A stretch of DNA of 64,000 bases from the NCBI GenBank assembly GCA_043228905.1, contig JBHGNT010000004.1, positions 16,864,001 to 16,928,000 on the forward strand, read 5' to 3'. The first letter of the stretch is position 1, and the number at the start of each line of letters is the position of its first letter. Both the position numbers and the translations under genes were made by a program. The notes beneath the pieces are model-generated. The model was given only the letters and a program-made list of their open reading frames with translations. It ran no database searches and was not told the DNA's origin. This stretch comes from Azolla caroliniana (Eukaryota; Plantae; Polypodiophyta). This document shows positions 25,201-38,411 of the stretch, piece after piece.

Positions 25201-27950
25201 TAATGGGAAATAATATGATATAATTAACCCATTAGATGCTAGAATATCCAAAATCTCTAGTAATAACCCTTCGGTATCCATTACATACATGCAATCCAAC
25301 CTACTCCAAGTATTCTTATATTGAGCCGATTGAAAGGTATAACTAAGCTCATCTCCCTTGATCCATTTCCATACATACCTTAACATGACTTCAATTTCAA
25401 AATCTCCCCATTCTTGAGCCGCTGGTCCATCCATAATAGAGTGGATAGATGTTGATTGATCTGTCTCAGAACAAACATTAAAATCCCCATCAATAAACCC
25501 GATCTACCATTATTAAGCATTGAGTTTAGTGATCTCCATAACAACATTCGTTCTTGTGAAACATTCGATGCATACACACCAACTAACCAAACAACTTGCC
25601 CTTCATAACATATCTCAACCACGATAAATCTTCCAAATTCATTTGAAACAATTACTTTTGGGGGAAATTTATCTCTTATAAACCTGACAATCCCAGAATA
25701 ATCCCCATGAACATTGCCAGTAGCAATGGACCCGGTTTCGGCTCAAACCGAACCCAAACCATTAAACCGTGACTTAATGGTTTATTGGTTCAAAGATAAA
25801 TAAACCGTTTGGTTTGGTTTGGTTTCAAATGTTATGATCCGATTTGGTTTCGGTTCGGTTCGGTTTTGAATTTCGTAGTTTAGCGGTTTAGCGGCTTATC
25901 GGTTTCGGTTAATGTGGTTCAATTTAAAGGTTTATAGGTTAAAAAATATTCTTAAATTTTCACCTCTAGGCTCTAATTTTGAACTTTTAATTTTAAACTT
26001 CTAGGTTGTAACTTATTAAATTTTATATGCATTATAAGTAGAGTCTCATTTTGATGTATGATTATCAAATTTATGACAAGTATGATAACCAAATTTATGA
26101 TATGTATGATATGATGACCAAATTTATAATAAGTGTGATAACTAAATTTATGATAAGTATGATAAGCAAATTTATGATAATTTTCTCACACAAATTCATA
26201 ATATATATGATAATCAATATCTCTAAACAATGGTTTGGTTTGGTTCTACATTTTTCGCAAACGGTTTGGTTTAAACAGTTCAGCTCTAAACGGTTCGGTT
26301 TAAATGGCTTCATAAATTTTAAGCAGTTTGGTTTGGTTTTTATTATAAATTAATGGTTTGGCTTGGTTTTAAGGCCAAAAAATCGAACCTAACCAAAACC
26401 AAACCGGGCCCATTGCTAATCACTAGCATAACATAATATATAACCCTTAGAATAACTAATTAATCCATCAATACGATGGCCTTTATGCTCTACTACACAT
26501 AAAACATCCCATTGCTGACTTAACAGAATCCTCCAAACCTCATGCATACTAAATCTAGAACACAATCCCCTCATATTCTATGGGGTGATCTTCATACTTT
26601 ATTTTTTCCTTTAATTAGAGAAATCTCGTTCTCATTCACTGATAATGTTTTTGTCATATCTTGAAATAAATCACCTAAGATTGCATACGAATTACTATGG
26701 GAATGCAAAACTCCAAACCCCGATTGCTCCTACAATGAAAAAGGCATTGATTTCCGTTTCATTCAAGGACTATATAAATCACCTTTATTATCAAAAGACA
26801 ATTTCTTTAGATAGTCCTCACGACGACCCCATGGTCTATTCCGCATGGAATTTGTTTGCTAAATCAGTGTTACCTTCTCCATAGATACATTATGTCCAAC
26901 ATTCTTATTAAACTTCTTCATTTTTCCAAAAACTATTGACCATTTCCCTTCATCCTCTAGAGTCTTTCCATCCTTGTCATTCACAAATTGTGACCTTCCC
27001 TTTTATTTGCTCTAAAATTGTTAAAGTTTGCATCTGATCATAATTTGTTGGCTCTTCATGTACCACTTCCACTACATTATTTCTTTTTTGAGGACACTCA
27101 ACCATGAAATGCCCTAACACACCACAATGGAAACAATGTCTTGCAAATGTACCCCATTTAAGCTAAAAATACATAGGAGGCATACCAGAGCATGCAATTT
27201 GCAAAGAACTTGACCTCTTTGTAGCTGTATTCCAAAGAATACACATCCGATATCGTTTTTGAGCATTAGCACTAGGAGGCACCAAGATCTCTCCCAACTT
27301 TTCCATTGTTGATCGTAATATTGGCCAAACCACCAAATATGTGCACTTTACCTCAAGTCATACAGGACACTCTTGCTTCAATATATCTTGGTATTCTACA
27401 AGTGGCCTCCACGGAACAATATGAACCAAACTTTTCTCATAAAAAACTGGCAATTTATTGAGTAATTTCTCTTTATACTCTTGTGATACCAAAACAACCT
27501 CATAAAACCCACAAGGACCGACATAAACATCTTGAACACAATCAGCTTGTAAAATCCCACGTAACCATTGTTTGACCCTCCAAAAGAAAGGTATATTCCC
27601 CATGAAAAATAATATGACCCCTCTATAAAATTTTTTTAGCAAATGAACCCAAAAACTCCTTATTGTCTATTTCTACCTTAGCCACTTCATCGTCAACAAC
27701 TTTTACATTCTCCATTATACAATCTTCCATTAGTATATTTGTCATGCATCTTAAATGTTCCCAATGACCATCATCTTTCTCAATATCATCTTGTCGCATT
27801 GCATCAATATACGACATATCATTAGTATCATCTCTAATACATCGTTGTCTTTTACCAATCCCCTCTTGGACTCGATACTGACTTAACCATGCAATGCATC
27901 CTTTGAGGAATTCGAAGACTCATCCATATTCATGAAAACACTAACATCCA
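22240..27950 (-). mobile_element. Near full-length but decayed L1-clade LINE (ORF1, EN, RT, zf-RVT)
   Basis: ORF1 pieces at 27358-27817 plus a CFHCGVLGH..EC knuckle near 27110. EN (VGVYAS, SRLD) at 25093-26600. RT (WRPISL, FAKVMANRL, HLGYP) at 23747-24674. C-terminal CFFCSVELEHSRHQLLSC. Many stops and frameshifts. Confidence 0.85.
25721..26418. mobile_element. 698-bp hAT-like MITE inserted in the L1 endonuclease region
   Basis: TIRs TAGCAATGG(A/G)CCCGGTTT, 17/18 match. Dense AAACCG/CGGTTT subterminal motifs. Degenerate 8-bp TSD attgccag/atcactag. Central ~22-bp tandem array at 26050-26210. Confidence 0.8.
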
Positions 27951-28149
27951 TATCACAAAATATATATGAGAGAGCTCACTTACAAGTAAATTGGTTGGAG
28001 AAGGAAACAAAGCAAGCGATCATGAGATGCATACAAACCGAATGGCAATTTTGCCTGTAACATTCTACAGAAACCAGCGTGCAGATACTCTTTAAAAAGA
28101 TTGCATTCTCTTCCTTTCTTTCTCTTTCTCTCTCGCTTACCCTATTGTA

Positions 28150-28360
28150 AGTTCTTACACTACAAGTTACAATGTCTTGGGTTCGAAACCCAATTGTCTC
28201 TAAGGGCCAATTTTGGTCTTAGAAGACGGTTAATATATCTTTCTTTCTTTCTTTCTTTCTTTCTCTCGTTTCTCTTGTTTGGGGTGTTATATGTATGTAT
28301 GTATGTATAGGCCATTTTGGCCTATTAAAAGAACGTTAACAAACATATCTTTTACTTTCT
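28150..28360 (+). mobile_element. Two short LINE 3'-end remnants just upstream of the NDUFA6 ATG
   Basis: gggccaattttggtctt..ttaatatatc(tttc)n and taggccattttggcctattaaaagaacgttaa match the family-1 tail. Confidence 0.65.
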
Positions 28361-28406
28361 TTCTGTCTGTCTGTTGTGTGTGTCTCTGTGTGTGTGAGTA
28401 GTCGCC

Positions 28407-29081
28407 ATGGCGTCGAGACATCTGTGCAGGAGAGGGTACGCGACGACGTTCGACAGCTCTGCAAGTCTTGAAGAGGCGAAGGAGAGAGCCATGTCCTTCT
28501 TCAAAGACTGTTGCCGAGCTCTCCCACACCTCATGGATATCTACATCCTCCATGAAACCATCTCTCTCTCTGACCTTCGATCCATCGTCTCTGCGCAGTT
28601 CCGGAAGCATCAGAATATACAGAACCCTAAGGTAGGAAGAATAAACACGCTGTGCGTGAACTCAAAGAGGATATCTTGTTTTTTTTTATTCTTTAGGTTG
28701 ATCTCCTTCAATTGCGATGAAATTTTGTTAATTTTCTTTTGCGATGAACGTTTACTTTTTTTCTTTTGTGGTATCCTGAAAGTTCCCCGTTGATTCTAAG
28801 ATATATGCCACTTCCAATAAAATGTGTTTTTTTTTTTCTCTCTGGTCATTATGATCTCTGGTGGGTAAATATGATGATGATGGTGTATTTGGCGTTTCAT
28901 GGTGACCAAAAGAAGTGTTGCAATTCAGTTGGTAAGGTTGCATGGCAGAGACCAGAAGATCATGCGTTCAACCCCTATAGTCTGGGCAGCAGTATCTAGT
29001 AAATTAGTGCATATACTGAAATTTAACGTTGGAGTTCATCCATTATTGAAGACGGGGCTTATCCACTAGATTCTAAACTGG

Positions 29082-29139
<58 letters not shown>

Positions 29140-30696
29140 TTGTGTTTACAAGTACAGGCGAATTCATATGGTTCATGCTGAAACAAAAATAAAAGCTCTA
29201 GATTTACTAAAGAGTGGAATGATTCTGGAGATGGTTTATGAGCAGGAAGTTTTCCTCATATCCCAGTACTTGCTTATTCTATGATAACTCGTCGGGATCT
29301 GTTTTCATCAGCATTCCCTTGCTTACTCTATGATAACTCGTCGAGATGTTGTTCATGAAGGTTTGGGCCTATGACAGAAGTCGATGCCTGGTTGCCATCA
29401 CATTCATCTGGTAATGTAAGGATTGATTTCCCATGCTTTTGAAGCTCAAGCAAACTTTAGCTAGAGTGATGTGGTCAGCTTTCTCAATCACTTTTTGAAT
29501 GGTGATTGATTTCCAATGCTTTTGAAGCTCAAGCAAACTTTAGCTAGAGTGCTGTGGTCAGCTTTCTCCATATAGGGTGATATGCTTCTCTTTGATGTGC
29601 TTGTAAGTAGGGGACCTTCACACACTATGTTGATTTCTCTTTCGACCTCTCCATCACATAATTTGCAAAATCCTTTGGCCCTAGGTATGCAAAGTGTTTG
29701 TCCTTCTCTGGCTAGTGGGACTAAATTCTGAATTAGCCTATTGCTTTGTGAGTACTATGGGGTGTATAGAAATTCGTGCGGCGCGGTCTCTGTATAAATC
29801 CATCCTGTCAGAAGTTCATGAAATTATCTTTGTAGTTGCTCATCTTTGTGAGAAGAGGCTTCCTTGTGATGCAAGTCTTTTGGGTCTATAAATGTAGAGA
29901 GATAGGGTTCCCTGTGATATGCAACATGTAGACATTATTACATTCGTATCAAGCATATATATTTTTCTTTGTGAACCACAAAGTTATCTGCCCAACAATC
30001 TGTTCCTACAGTCCAACTGAGAAAAGGCATATGCCAACTGTTTCCATGATTGCAAGCTATTCAGACAACTTTGTTCTTCATTGAGGATACAACACTGAAT
30101 AAAGAAATATGTTACAGTGGTGTTTCTATGATGAGATATATGTGTTATTCAATTGCAATGGTGGAACTCATCAGTTAAATTATGCAAGTTATTGTCAAGC
30201 TAATTCATAGAGTGAGAGGTATGGTCCTGGAAAGAGCAAGAGAATGGGTAAAGAAGGGTTCAAATTATTTTTATGCTACTGTCACTTAGCAAATGCTGGG
30301 AGTTGTCATGTATGAATCGATCAACAGATCCTCATTGCATCTAGAGGATTAATAGCCTATTACTTCTATTTATCTCAGCCCTTCAAAATTTATCCATTGA
30401 GCTCTTTTATATCTAGGTTTTTTGAGTGATATAACTTTCCCTCGAGATAAGTTTAGTTTTGATCATTTTATTCATGGTGATCCAATGGGATTGTGTTTCT
30501 GTAGGTTATAGATATGCTGGTCTTCAAAGGGAAAGAAGAACTGGAAAATATGACTACACAAGCAAAGCAACGACATCATGTGCTTTCTCAGTACATAGTG
30601 GGAGCTGAAGGTATGGTAAACCCCTTGAAGTTGGGAATCGCCGATCATGGTGAGTCGGAATTCTTGAAGAAGTTCTATATAAGCAACAGTGCATAG
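28407..30696 (+). CDS. NDUFA6: NADH dehydrogenase (complex I) LYR-family subunit B14/NDUFA6, 2 exons, 138 aa
   Basis: Exons 28407-28631 and 30505-30696 (GT-AG, phase 0) give ...FFKDCCRALPHLMDIY...QFRKHQNIQNPK|VIDMLVFKGKEEL...AKQRHHVLSQY...SEFLKKFY. Confidence 0.92.
29084..29137. repeat. (GA)n microsatellite in the NDUFA6 intron
   Basis: About 27 GA units read directly. Confidence 0.95.
29421..29567. repeat. Direct duplication (~65 bp, period 83) in the NDUFA6 intron
   Basis: gattgatttcc..gcttttgaagctcaagcaaactttagctagagtg..gtggtcagctttctc at 29421 and 29504. Confidence 0.85.
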
Positions 30697-31659
30697 ATGT
30701 AAACATTGTTTACATAGAACACATTGTTGTTTTGAACTTGAAGCATTGTCAAAGAGCTCAAATATTACATCGAATTTCTCTGGTTGCATGTCCTTAGCTA
30801 GGATCTTTCTTGCTTGATTATACTTTTCTCAATAAAAAGGATGACAAGATGCTGATAACTTGCTAAATCTCCTTGTCAAGGAGGCCAAGATTGATGTGTG
30901 GTTTGTAAGCTTTTGTTTGCCAAGGTGCTGCTTGTTACATCTCCTTCTCAAGGTAGACAAGATTTCTAAGATTTTGTTTGGACTATGAGTCGATTCACAG
31001 GACATTCTTTCAAGTGAAAAGATTTATCAAGTGCACATATGAATAGTTTGTTTAATGCATATCTTAAGAACATTACGAATTGAGCATATGTATATTAGCC
31101 AGCAACAGACCATGAAGGAATAACATGAAACTTTCAGAGGCACATGAAATGGCCATGCCTGAAAAAAGCTTGTCCTTTGCTTACTTCCACATGATAATGG
31201 ATTTGGATTTATCTACCAAGAAAATCCTGTTGTTATTTTGGCGCATGTGCTTTTTGTTGTATATTTTCTGTTTAGAGTGACCACTATTTTAACTCAGTCA
31301 TTCAATGTGCATTAGTTGAGTCAACTATATTTCACAGGCTGAGAGGCTATTAATTCATTATTACGATAAAGGTGATTCACAGACAAAATCTCAAGTAAAT
31401 AATGGGAAGAATAAATAATCAAACCTTGAGTTCCAAGTGTACTGAAGATCATGACCAAAGCTTGGCATGAATTAAAGAAGTATTAAGGTATGAGGTGGAC
31501 CTGCATTATGCCATTACTTATTTTTATTGCATCAATATATGCCTACATGCATTTGGCCATGTCATAAGTGCTATATTTACTTCCTAAAAGGGAGTATCAA
31601 TTATATGCATCTACAAGGGCATGCGTGAAGTGGAAGTTTCATGAAATATGCGAAGAATA

Positions 31660-32420
31660 ATGGTTTGGAACGATCATTTACAATGAAGCTGGGGTTTGTT
31701 CTTTACATCTCAAGAAGTTATGTTGCTGAACTATATTAAAAGATTTATGGACATGAGAAATATGAAATATGGTCTATGCCACGGGAGAATTGGCTCTTGC
31801 AAGTGAGCTTGCACAAGTGGACTTAAAAGCTTATTTGATTTAACATTCGGTATCTCCAAACTTGAGAGAAAAACAGTGACATTGAAGACTGTTTGTGGTC
31901 CTATTTTGATTAAATTTTGGGGGCCGTTCATATCATTGTGCTCTACATATCTACCTGTTTTGATGATCCATTTTCTTCACTTTTGGTGGTAACGAGTTTT
32001 CTCCACTTAATTCCAAGTTTAATTCAAACTTGATGATTGCATCCCCTTTGCGAGTGATATTTTATGTGCTCTTGCTATTGTTATTGGTACCCAAGAGTGT
32101 CCTCTTGAGGTTTATTTGTTGAATTGGTCTGCCCATAGATGTTCTAGGGAGATTGTATTTGTAATCCCATTATTGTTAATAATGGAAGATTTTTAGATTG
32201 GTATCAAGAGCCCATGGTTTTTCCTTATTTGTGTTTTCCACGGAAAAACTACAGGTTTATTAATTTTATGTACATTTAACTATTTTCTTGTTAGTATGGG
32301 TTTCACTGGAGTAAGTTGATTGCAGTAAATTCCCATTTAATTCAGTCATCCAAGGAAAAGAAAAGCAATACTATTTGGATATCCTTATTTATAAATTGGG
32401 ATTTTCTCTTTCCTAACAAT
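31660..32420 (+). mobile_element. Highly decayed Copia-like remnant
   Basis: RT-like tctcaagaagttatgttgctgaac piece, tggtatcaagagcc (PBS-like) at 32199 and an LTR-like ttttccacg motif. Boundaries are uncertain. Confidence 0.3.
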
Positions 32421-33050
32421 AAGCATGGACTATAAATGTAATAAACATTAAATTGTAGCAAAAAATGCAATAGATTTAAATATTTGGGAGGACATTATAC
32501 ATACAAGATAACTCTCATTTCATCGTAGTCTATTTGTAAATTTGTTGACATTTTGTGTTAAGATAACAACCAGATCCACTTGGAAAAAGATCCTATATTT
32601 GCAGAACTAGAGCATGGATAAGGATGACATGGTAGTGAGTATCATGTTGTTAAAAAGAAACATTGGGTCGAAAGATGAAGCTGCCACAAAATGAGTTTTC
32701 ATGGTACATAAATATGAAAGCGCATCTCAAATAATTCATCTAGTTCCTCAAGACTCCTTGAAGTAAGAAAGAAATATATTACAGGTCATATTTACTCAAA
32801 TGAATTGGTTTGGGTCCCTTTCCACCAAGAAGTAAAACTGTAAAAATTATTTTGGAGATTCATAGACTACTGTGATTAATGCCAACAAAGTAGACACACT
32901 CATAGTAAGGTAGTAGTCATATACACATCATGCCATTCAACGGGTTAAGTAGAAGCATATACATATATATCATTTAAGTAATTTATCTTGATCCATAAGA
33001 CTCCCTGATGTGAGAAATATTTAGTTCATATTCTTCATCCAGCGACTTGG

Positions 33051-33075
33051 TTTAGGGTTTAGGGTTTAGGGTTTA
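33051..33075 (+). repeat. Short interstitial telomere-type repeat (TTTAGGG)3
   Basis: tttagggtttagggtttagggttta read directly. Confidence 0.85.
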
Positions 33076-33701
33076 CATCCCTTTCCACAAAGGTTCAAAA
33101 ATGTGGAAATCAATTTGGAAATTACCCTTACCAAGATGCTTACCAACATTTTTGAAAATTGGCATCTCTCTTTCTCGCACCTATTTACCAGTAATTGAAA
33201 TCATTATTACAGGCTATATAATAAATGCAATACTAAACAAGCATAAACATACCTTATGACTAGAAGTAACGATTGTCACACTTTGGGTTATGGATTTCCA
33301 CACATCAATATACACAGACTTATGAGCATTTGTGAATCTCTTCGTAAGCAAAATCAATTATTTTGAGTGGCAAAGATGAACACTTGACTAAGCATGCCAA
33401 GAGCAACTTGGTAAACAGGCCGAGTGCATTCGAATTGAAATCTCTTGGGAACAAAATGCTTTCATTTAATAAAGATCATAGCCACGTAATCTCTTGTTAT
33501 TCACCTTGAGAATAGATATCAAAATAAATAAAAATTTCCTTCAATGAGACAAAAATTTCTTATTTGGTGCACTATGAATATGACCCAAGAGTCCATTATA
33601 GAAACCTTTAAAAAGACCCTTCAAAGGCTCTTGAAAGGATTGCCCTTCAAAGGCTCTTCAAAGTGAATTATTTTTTCATTTTTTCTATTTTGTTTCTCTT
33701 T

Positions 33702-36700
33702 TCATGATTCTCTTTCAAGTCTTGCAATCTCTTCATTCCTTTGGGCCTCTTTGTCTCTGATCTCTTGAGCCCTCCTTTCTTCTTCGGCTTTTGCCTCTTC
33801 TTGTTGTTCCTTCTCATCCTGAGCATCAAATTCCCCTTGTGCAGCCATTGCCTTGAAGATTGGATCCCGAAGTTGCCCAATCAATCCCCCTCCCACATTG
33901 TATTCACTCTCATCACCCACTATATAGATCCGTTGTTCTGCTCCCGGAATGGCGACATCAATAGCAAGAAGCTTAAAATCGTACTGCAATATAAAATATG
34001 TTTTCAAATAAAAAACACGTTTAACATTGAGCAAAACCAGTAGGATTTTAAAAACTTGGATTTAATATATAAGAATTTTTAAGAGCATGTTGTAACTAAT
34101 CAAGATTCCCTCTGATATTGAGTTGAAAAAACAAAACAAACTCTATTTTAATCTATTTGTTCTCTAGCATATCCTTTTAACACCCTTCGGTTCTTTTTCT
34201 CTCTTTCATAATAGTGTGATGCAACTCTAAATCGAGTTGATGCTCTTAAACCCCCTAATTCTCTGAAAATTGTACAAATCTAGAACGTTCATAGAGAAAA
34301 TCAGCTAAGCTGGAATCCTGTTAACATGATACTAATTATTAAAAATGTAATAGAATACGAATATCCATCTATCTAACCATCTAGGCATATGTAGACACAT
34401 ACACACACAGATAACTAGAAGCAACATAATGAATAGACTGTAATTACCTTTCCCTTCTTCTTTTTCACTTCCACGCTGACAAGCCCCTTTTTCTCAGCAC
34501 CATGGATGGGGAAGAGAAGGAAACACCTTCGGCTACCAAGCACTGGTTTGAAATTTTTTAGCTTTAGACCTCCACCAGACATCACATATGCTCTCAAGTC
34601 TGTACCTGTCAATGGGGGACCCAAGACTTCCAATGCTGGGGCTGAAGTGTTGAGAGTGCGCATCACAATCCTATACACTTTGTCAGGGTTGATTGTATAT
34701 CTTGCTCGCAATGCCATTGCCTAAAAAAGTTCAAAGAATCTTTTGACAGATCGAACAAATATCCCATGTAAAGTTACATATACCTATCTATCTCTCCATA
34801 CATGAATATGCTTCTGTTACAAATGCATTTCACATGTAACACATATTTACATATGCTATGTGCGGCAATAAATAAATATCTTATTATATGTGTGCATATT
34901 AAAACAAATAAAACATTGATTTTTCTTTTTCTTTTGCGTGCTCTTATCAGTCAACTGATAGTCACAAAGGAGGAGTCAGGTTATTATCCACAGTGACATT
35001 CACAAGAAACAATGTGTTTTTCGTAGATCTCCTTTGTTTAGGAGTTCCATTAGTTTCAAAGAATGTGAAAAAGTTACGTAAAATAATTATATATATATAT
35101 ATATATCTTTCGATAAAGCACTAACTGATTTCTGGTACTAGCTTCATCAATGAGCTAATTTCATAGATTTATTAGTTTGTAAATCTAATTGATATCTAAA
35201 CTTGATAATGCATATCAGATACTAGTATTCATTTCAGATTTTCTGGAAAACGAATTTTGAGATTTTTTGGAAATCAGACAGAAGAAATAGAGATTAGGAG
35301 TGAATAACCCTGTGTGACACAAAGACATGGAAGAACGAATTTGGAGTTTTTAACATTCGTTTCATTATATAGTTATATTCAACAGAAATTGCTTTTGTAT
35401 ATCAACTTCCAGAGACATTACGTATGAAACAGTCTTGCATTTAAATGAAACAGATTCATTTCATATCGAATGCTTCTTTTTTGTTACATTCCATGGGATA
35501 CATTTCTTTCAGGAAGCGAAACAGGACCAAAATGTCCAAGGGAATTCAAGAAAACAGAATAATGGATCTGAAAAGAATAAAGAAAATGAATTGAACTTGC
35601 TTGTGGGTTTGTGTTTCCTGGGACTCATGTTGTGCTTGTTGAAACCGTCTTCCTGCAAATTTTTTATCCTAGTTGGCTTAATGAAGAAATATCTACAGGA
35701 GTGTGGCAGCTGTAGGAGTCAATCAGTGTATCATGTTAAATCTTTTAAACTCTTACTTTCTTCTCAAGAATACTTAATCATTCTTATTTGGACACTTTCT
35801 TCTATGTGGCACATGAATAATATTGTCACTCCCAGACAATTGTAGCTCACCAGTGTTGGCTCAAGGCTGCATAAAGCCTTGCATATTATGAAATTTCAGA
35901 CATGGTTTTTCTCATTGAAAATTAAGTAATCTCACGTTTTGTCTATGGTAAAGGTGAACATGCAGGCCCCTATGTACCTCCATCATACCATTCTTTGCAT
36001 AAGCTCTAGTCGGATGACAGGTGAAATGCATCACCAGGGGATCAAGCACCTATGAAATTAGCTCATTGCTGGAGCTAGTACCATGTTAGGGATGACACTG
36101 GATGCAAACAAATCATTAGCCTGCATCAACAGTGAGGATGGGTGCAGCTTTTGAAAAGGGGGAGATAGTATGAGAAGATGAACTTTGTCCGAAACTTTGA
36201 GTTTCTTCCATCACAGGCATGAATTGCATTATGGCAGCTCTGCAGGGGAGCTAAATGCCAAAAGCTCCCCAACATCAAAAGAGCTTACAAGAACAATTAA
36301 TAAAGATTGATGATGGAGAGTAGAGTCCGCAGAGAAAAGTAATATTGGAGAAGGAATGTCAAGTAAAGGAAGTAATATAGTAAAACTGTAGCTGAAAAGT
36401 GGAAAAGAAGAAAGAAAGAAATATGTTTTTGCTTAATTTTTTCTTTTCTAATAAATAAACATATTGTGTAACGTAGCAAGCATTCATGCTTCCTTTTGCT
36501 ATAGATTGTCTTTGAGGTGAAATTGTTGAAACATAACTGATGAATGCAAGTGCAGATCTTTGAGCATTTTGAACAGAAAGAAAAAAGTGAAAGATGAGTT
36601 GAAAGAAGAAAAAGGATTAGGATTGGATAAAAAGGCTTAATAATGGCTTTTATTGAAGTTGCCGATCTTATTACTCGTCACCTTTGCATGGCTGGAATTT

Positions 36701-38411
36701 CTTTTACTAGGTCTTTAGTATTATTTAGCTTTTTGAAACAATCAATTCTTCCTAATATATTTTGATAGTCTGAGAAAGTGGTTTTGGATTTTTATGGTTC
36801 AGAGAGGAGTGTCTATATTGTTTGCACATATTCAGCCTCTTGAAACCATCAATTCTTCCTAATATATTTTGATAGTCTGAGAAAGTGGTTTTAGATTTTT
36901 ATGTTTCAGAGAGGAGTGTCTATCTTGCTTGTTTGAGAATGGTTTTAGGGGCTGCAACTCCATGTTCATCCACAATTATCTGTATTTTCTTTAAAGCTCT
37001 ATCAAAACATTAAATTCCTAGTTAACCATGCAAAATGTCTAAGAATTGCCTACAGAAGTATTGAATTCTTCCTGTATATGTCTTTAATGATTACCACCAA
37101 TATCTATGACTCTATTCAAGTAAATACTTCCTACATCCTACAAGCTCAAAAATAAGAGATCTTATTAACTTGAATGTCACCTATTAACACTCTATGCCAT
37201 ATATACTTACAAAAGAATATATCCTTGTGTTTTCGGATCTTATAATGACAGAATATTCTTATATATGTTTGTATTAACCTTATATATTCTTAGGAATACA
37301 TAGGTATTTGTAAAAAAATTGTATTTTCTCAAGTTTTTGCAGCTTATAGAAATAGAATATAGTCACGAAGGTCTCAAAATTTGATGAAGATATATAAATT
37401 CATGCTCTCAGTATTTGACCATCTACATTTATATCTATCCCTGTGTGTTTGTGTGTTTGTGTGTATCATGTATGAATGAATGAATGTATGTATATGTATT
37501 TATGTTTGCATGTATTACTCATCAAACAATCATTATCCTCATTTGTTCCATCATACAATAACATAACAATTCAAAAACGGTTATCACAGAGCACTAACCG
37601 TGAAAGATACAGTTGCAGCTGCCATAGCTAGAAATCCAAACTTGGCCATACCTTCAGAAAATGAGACGAACAAGTTAGCAACCCCATACATGAGTTGCCA
37701 TAAGAGGAAACAAGACAAAACCCCCGCAGCTCCAACGAGAATCATCACATTCCTTTTCCAAAAAGCTTCTACCTGTAATCCAGCAACCTCTCTGTATCTT
37801 GAAGCACTTGTTTTCAATCCTTCTATTGGTTTCTTAACAACATCTGGTGATATCTTCATCTTTGACGCTATAGAATCCATTGAAATTCCTCTAGATAGCA
37901 ACTTGGTAACCCAAATTTTGTTCATATGTGCATGATTCACAGGAGAAAATATGACCTTGTTTGTGTCGTGATTGCAAAATGTTCTTCTTATTGAGGTCTT
38001 GAACGGGGATAAAACAATAGAACATGCATTCATTTCAGATCGTGTATTTGAAAAAACAGTCTTCCAACAAGAAGGCCATTCTTGTGATAAGGAGGTGGTC
38101 CTTGTCAAAGTAACATATGCGTTCTTTTCTCCTTGAAGAAACATTGAATTATTTACAGAACTGGCATTTTTATATCTAGAGCTCACCTCCATGCTTGTCC
38201 TACTAATGTGCATTTCCACCCGTGAAACCGCATTTTTTGAGTCGGAACCTAGATTCCACTTCAATTCTGAGACGATTTCACCACATTGTGTGAAGCTTAT
38301 CCTAGGTTTCCATGGCTGAGAATGTTCAGGTATTACCTGATAAGAAGAAGACTGGCCCAGTCTATAGAGATTCTTTCGAGCTTTATTGCGTACCAGAGAC
38401 GAGAAGGCCAT
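33702..38411 (-). CDS. Tim21-like mitochondrial inner-membrane protein (plant At2g40800/At3g56430-type), 3 exons, about 455 aa
   Basis: Exons 38411-37599, 34720-34448 and 33983-33702 (GT-AG, phase 0). Motifs YREVAGLQVEAFWKRN, SEGMAKFGFLA, INPDKVYR, GTDLRAYVMSGG, GLVSVEVKKKKGK|YDFKLLAID and LRDP. Presequence-like N-terminus MAFSSLVRNKARK. Confidence 0.85.
36733..36924. repeat. Direct duplication (period 107) in Tim21-like intron 1
   Basis: ttgaaac.atcaattcttcctaatatattttgatagtctgagaaagtgg...gagtgtctat at 36733 and 36840. Confidence 0.85.

Noticed and set aside
26050-26210. Regularly spaced repeats that could be read as a CRISPR array (also 7340-7515, 10020-10215 and 45070-45310)
   Set aside because: The units are degenerate tandem repeats without unique spacers, they lie inside transposons, there are no cas genes and the context is eukaryotic.
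29270-29345. atgataactcgtcg duplicated motif as an 18S rRNA fragment or intronic snoRNA
   Set aside because: The match is too short and no convincing C/D box pair with a terminal stem is present.
33051-33075. TTTAGGG runs (also 45651-45677 and 44540-44558) as a chromosome end or fusion scar
   Set aside because: Only 3-4 units each, which is common in plant promoters and TEs.
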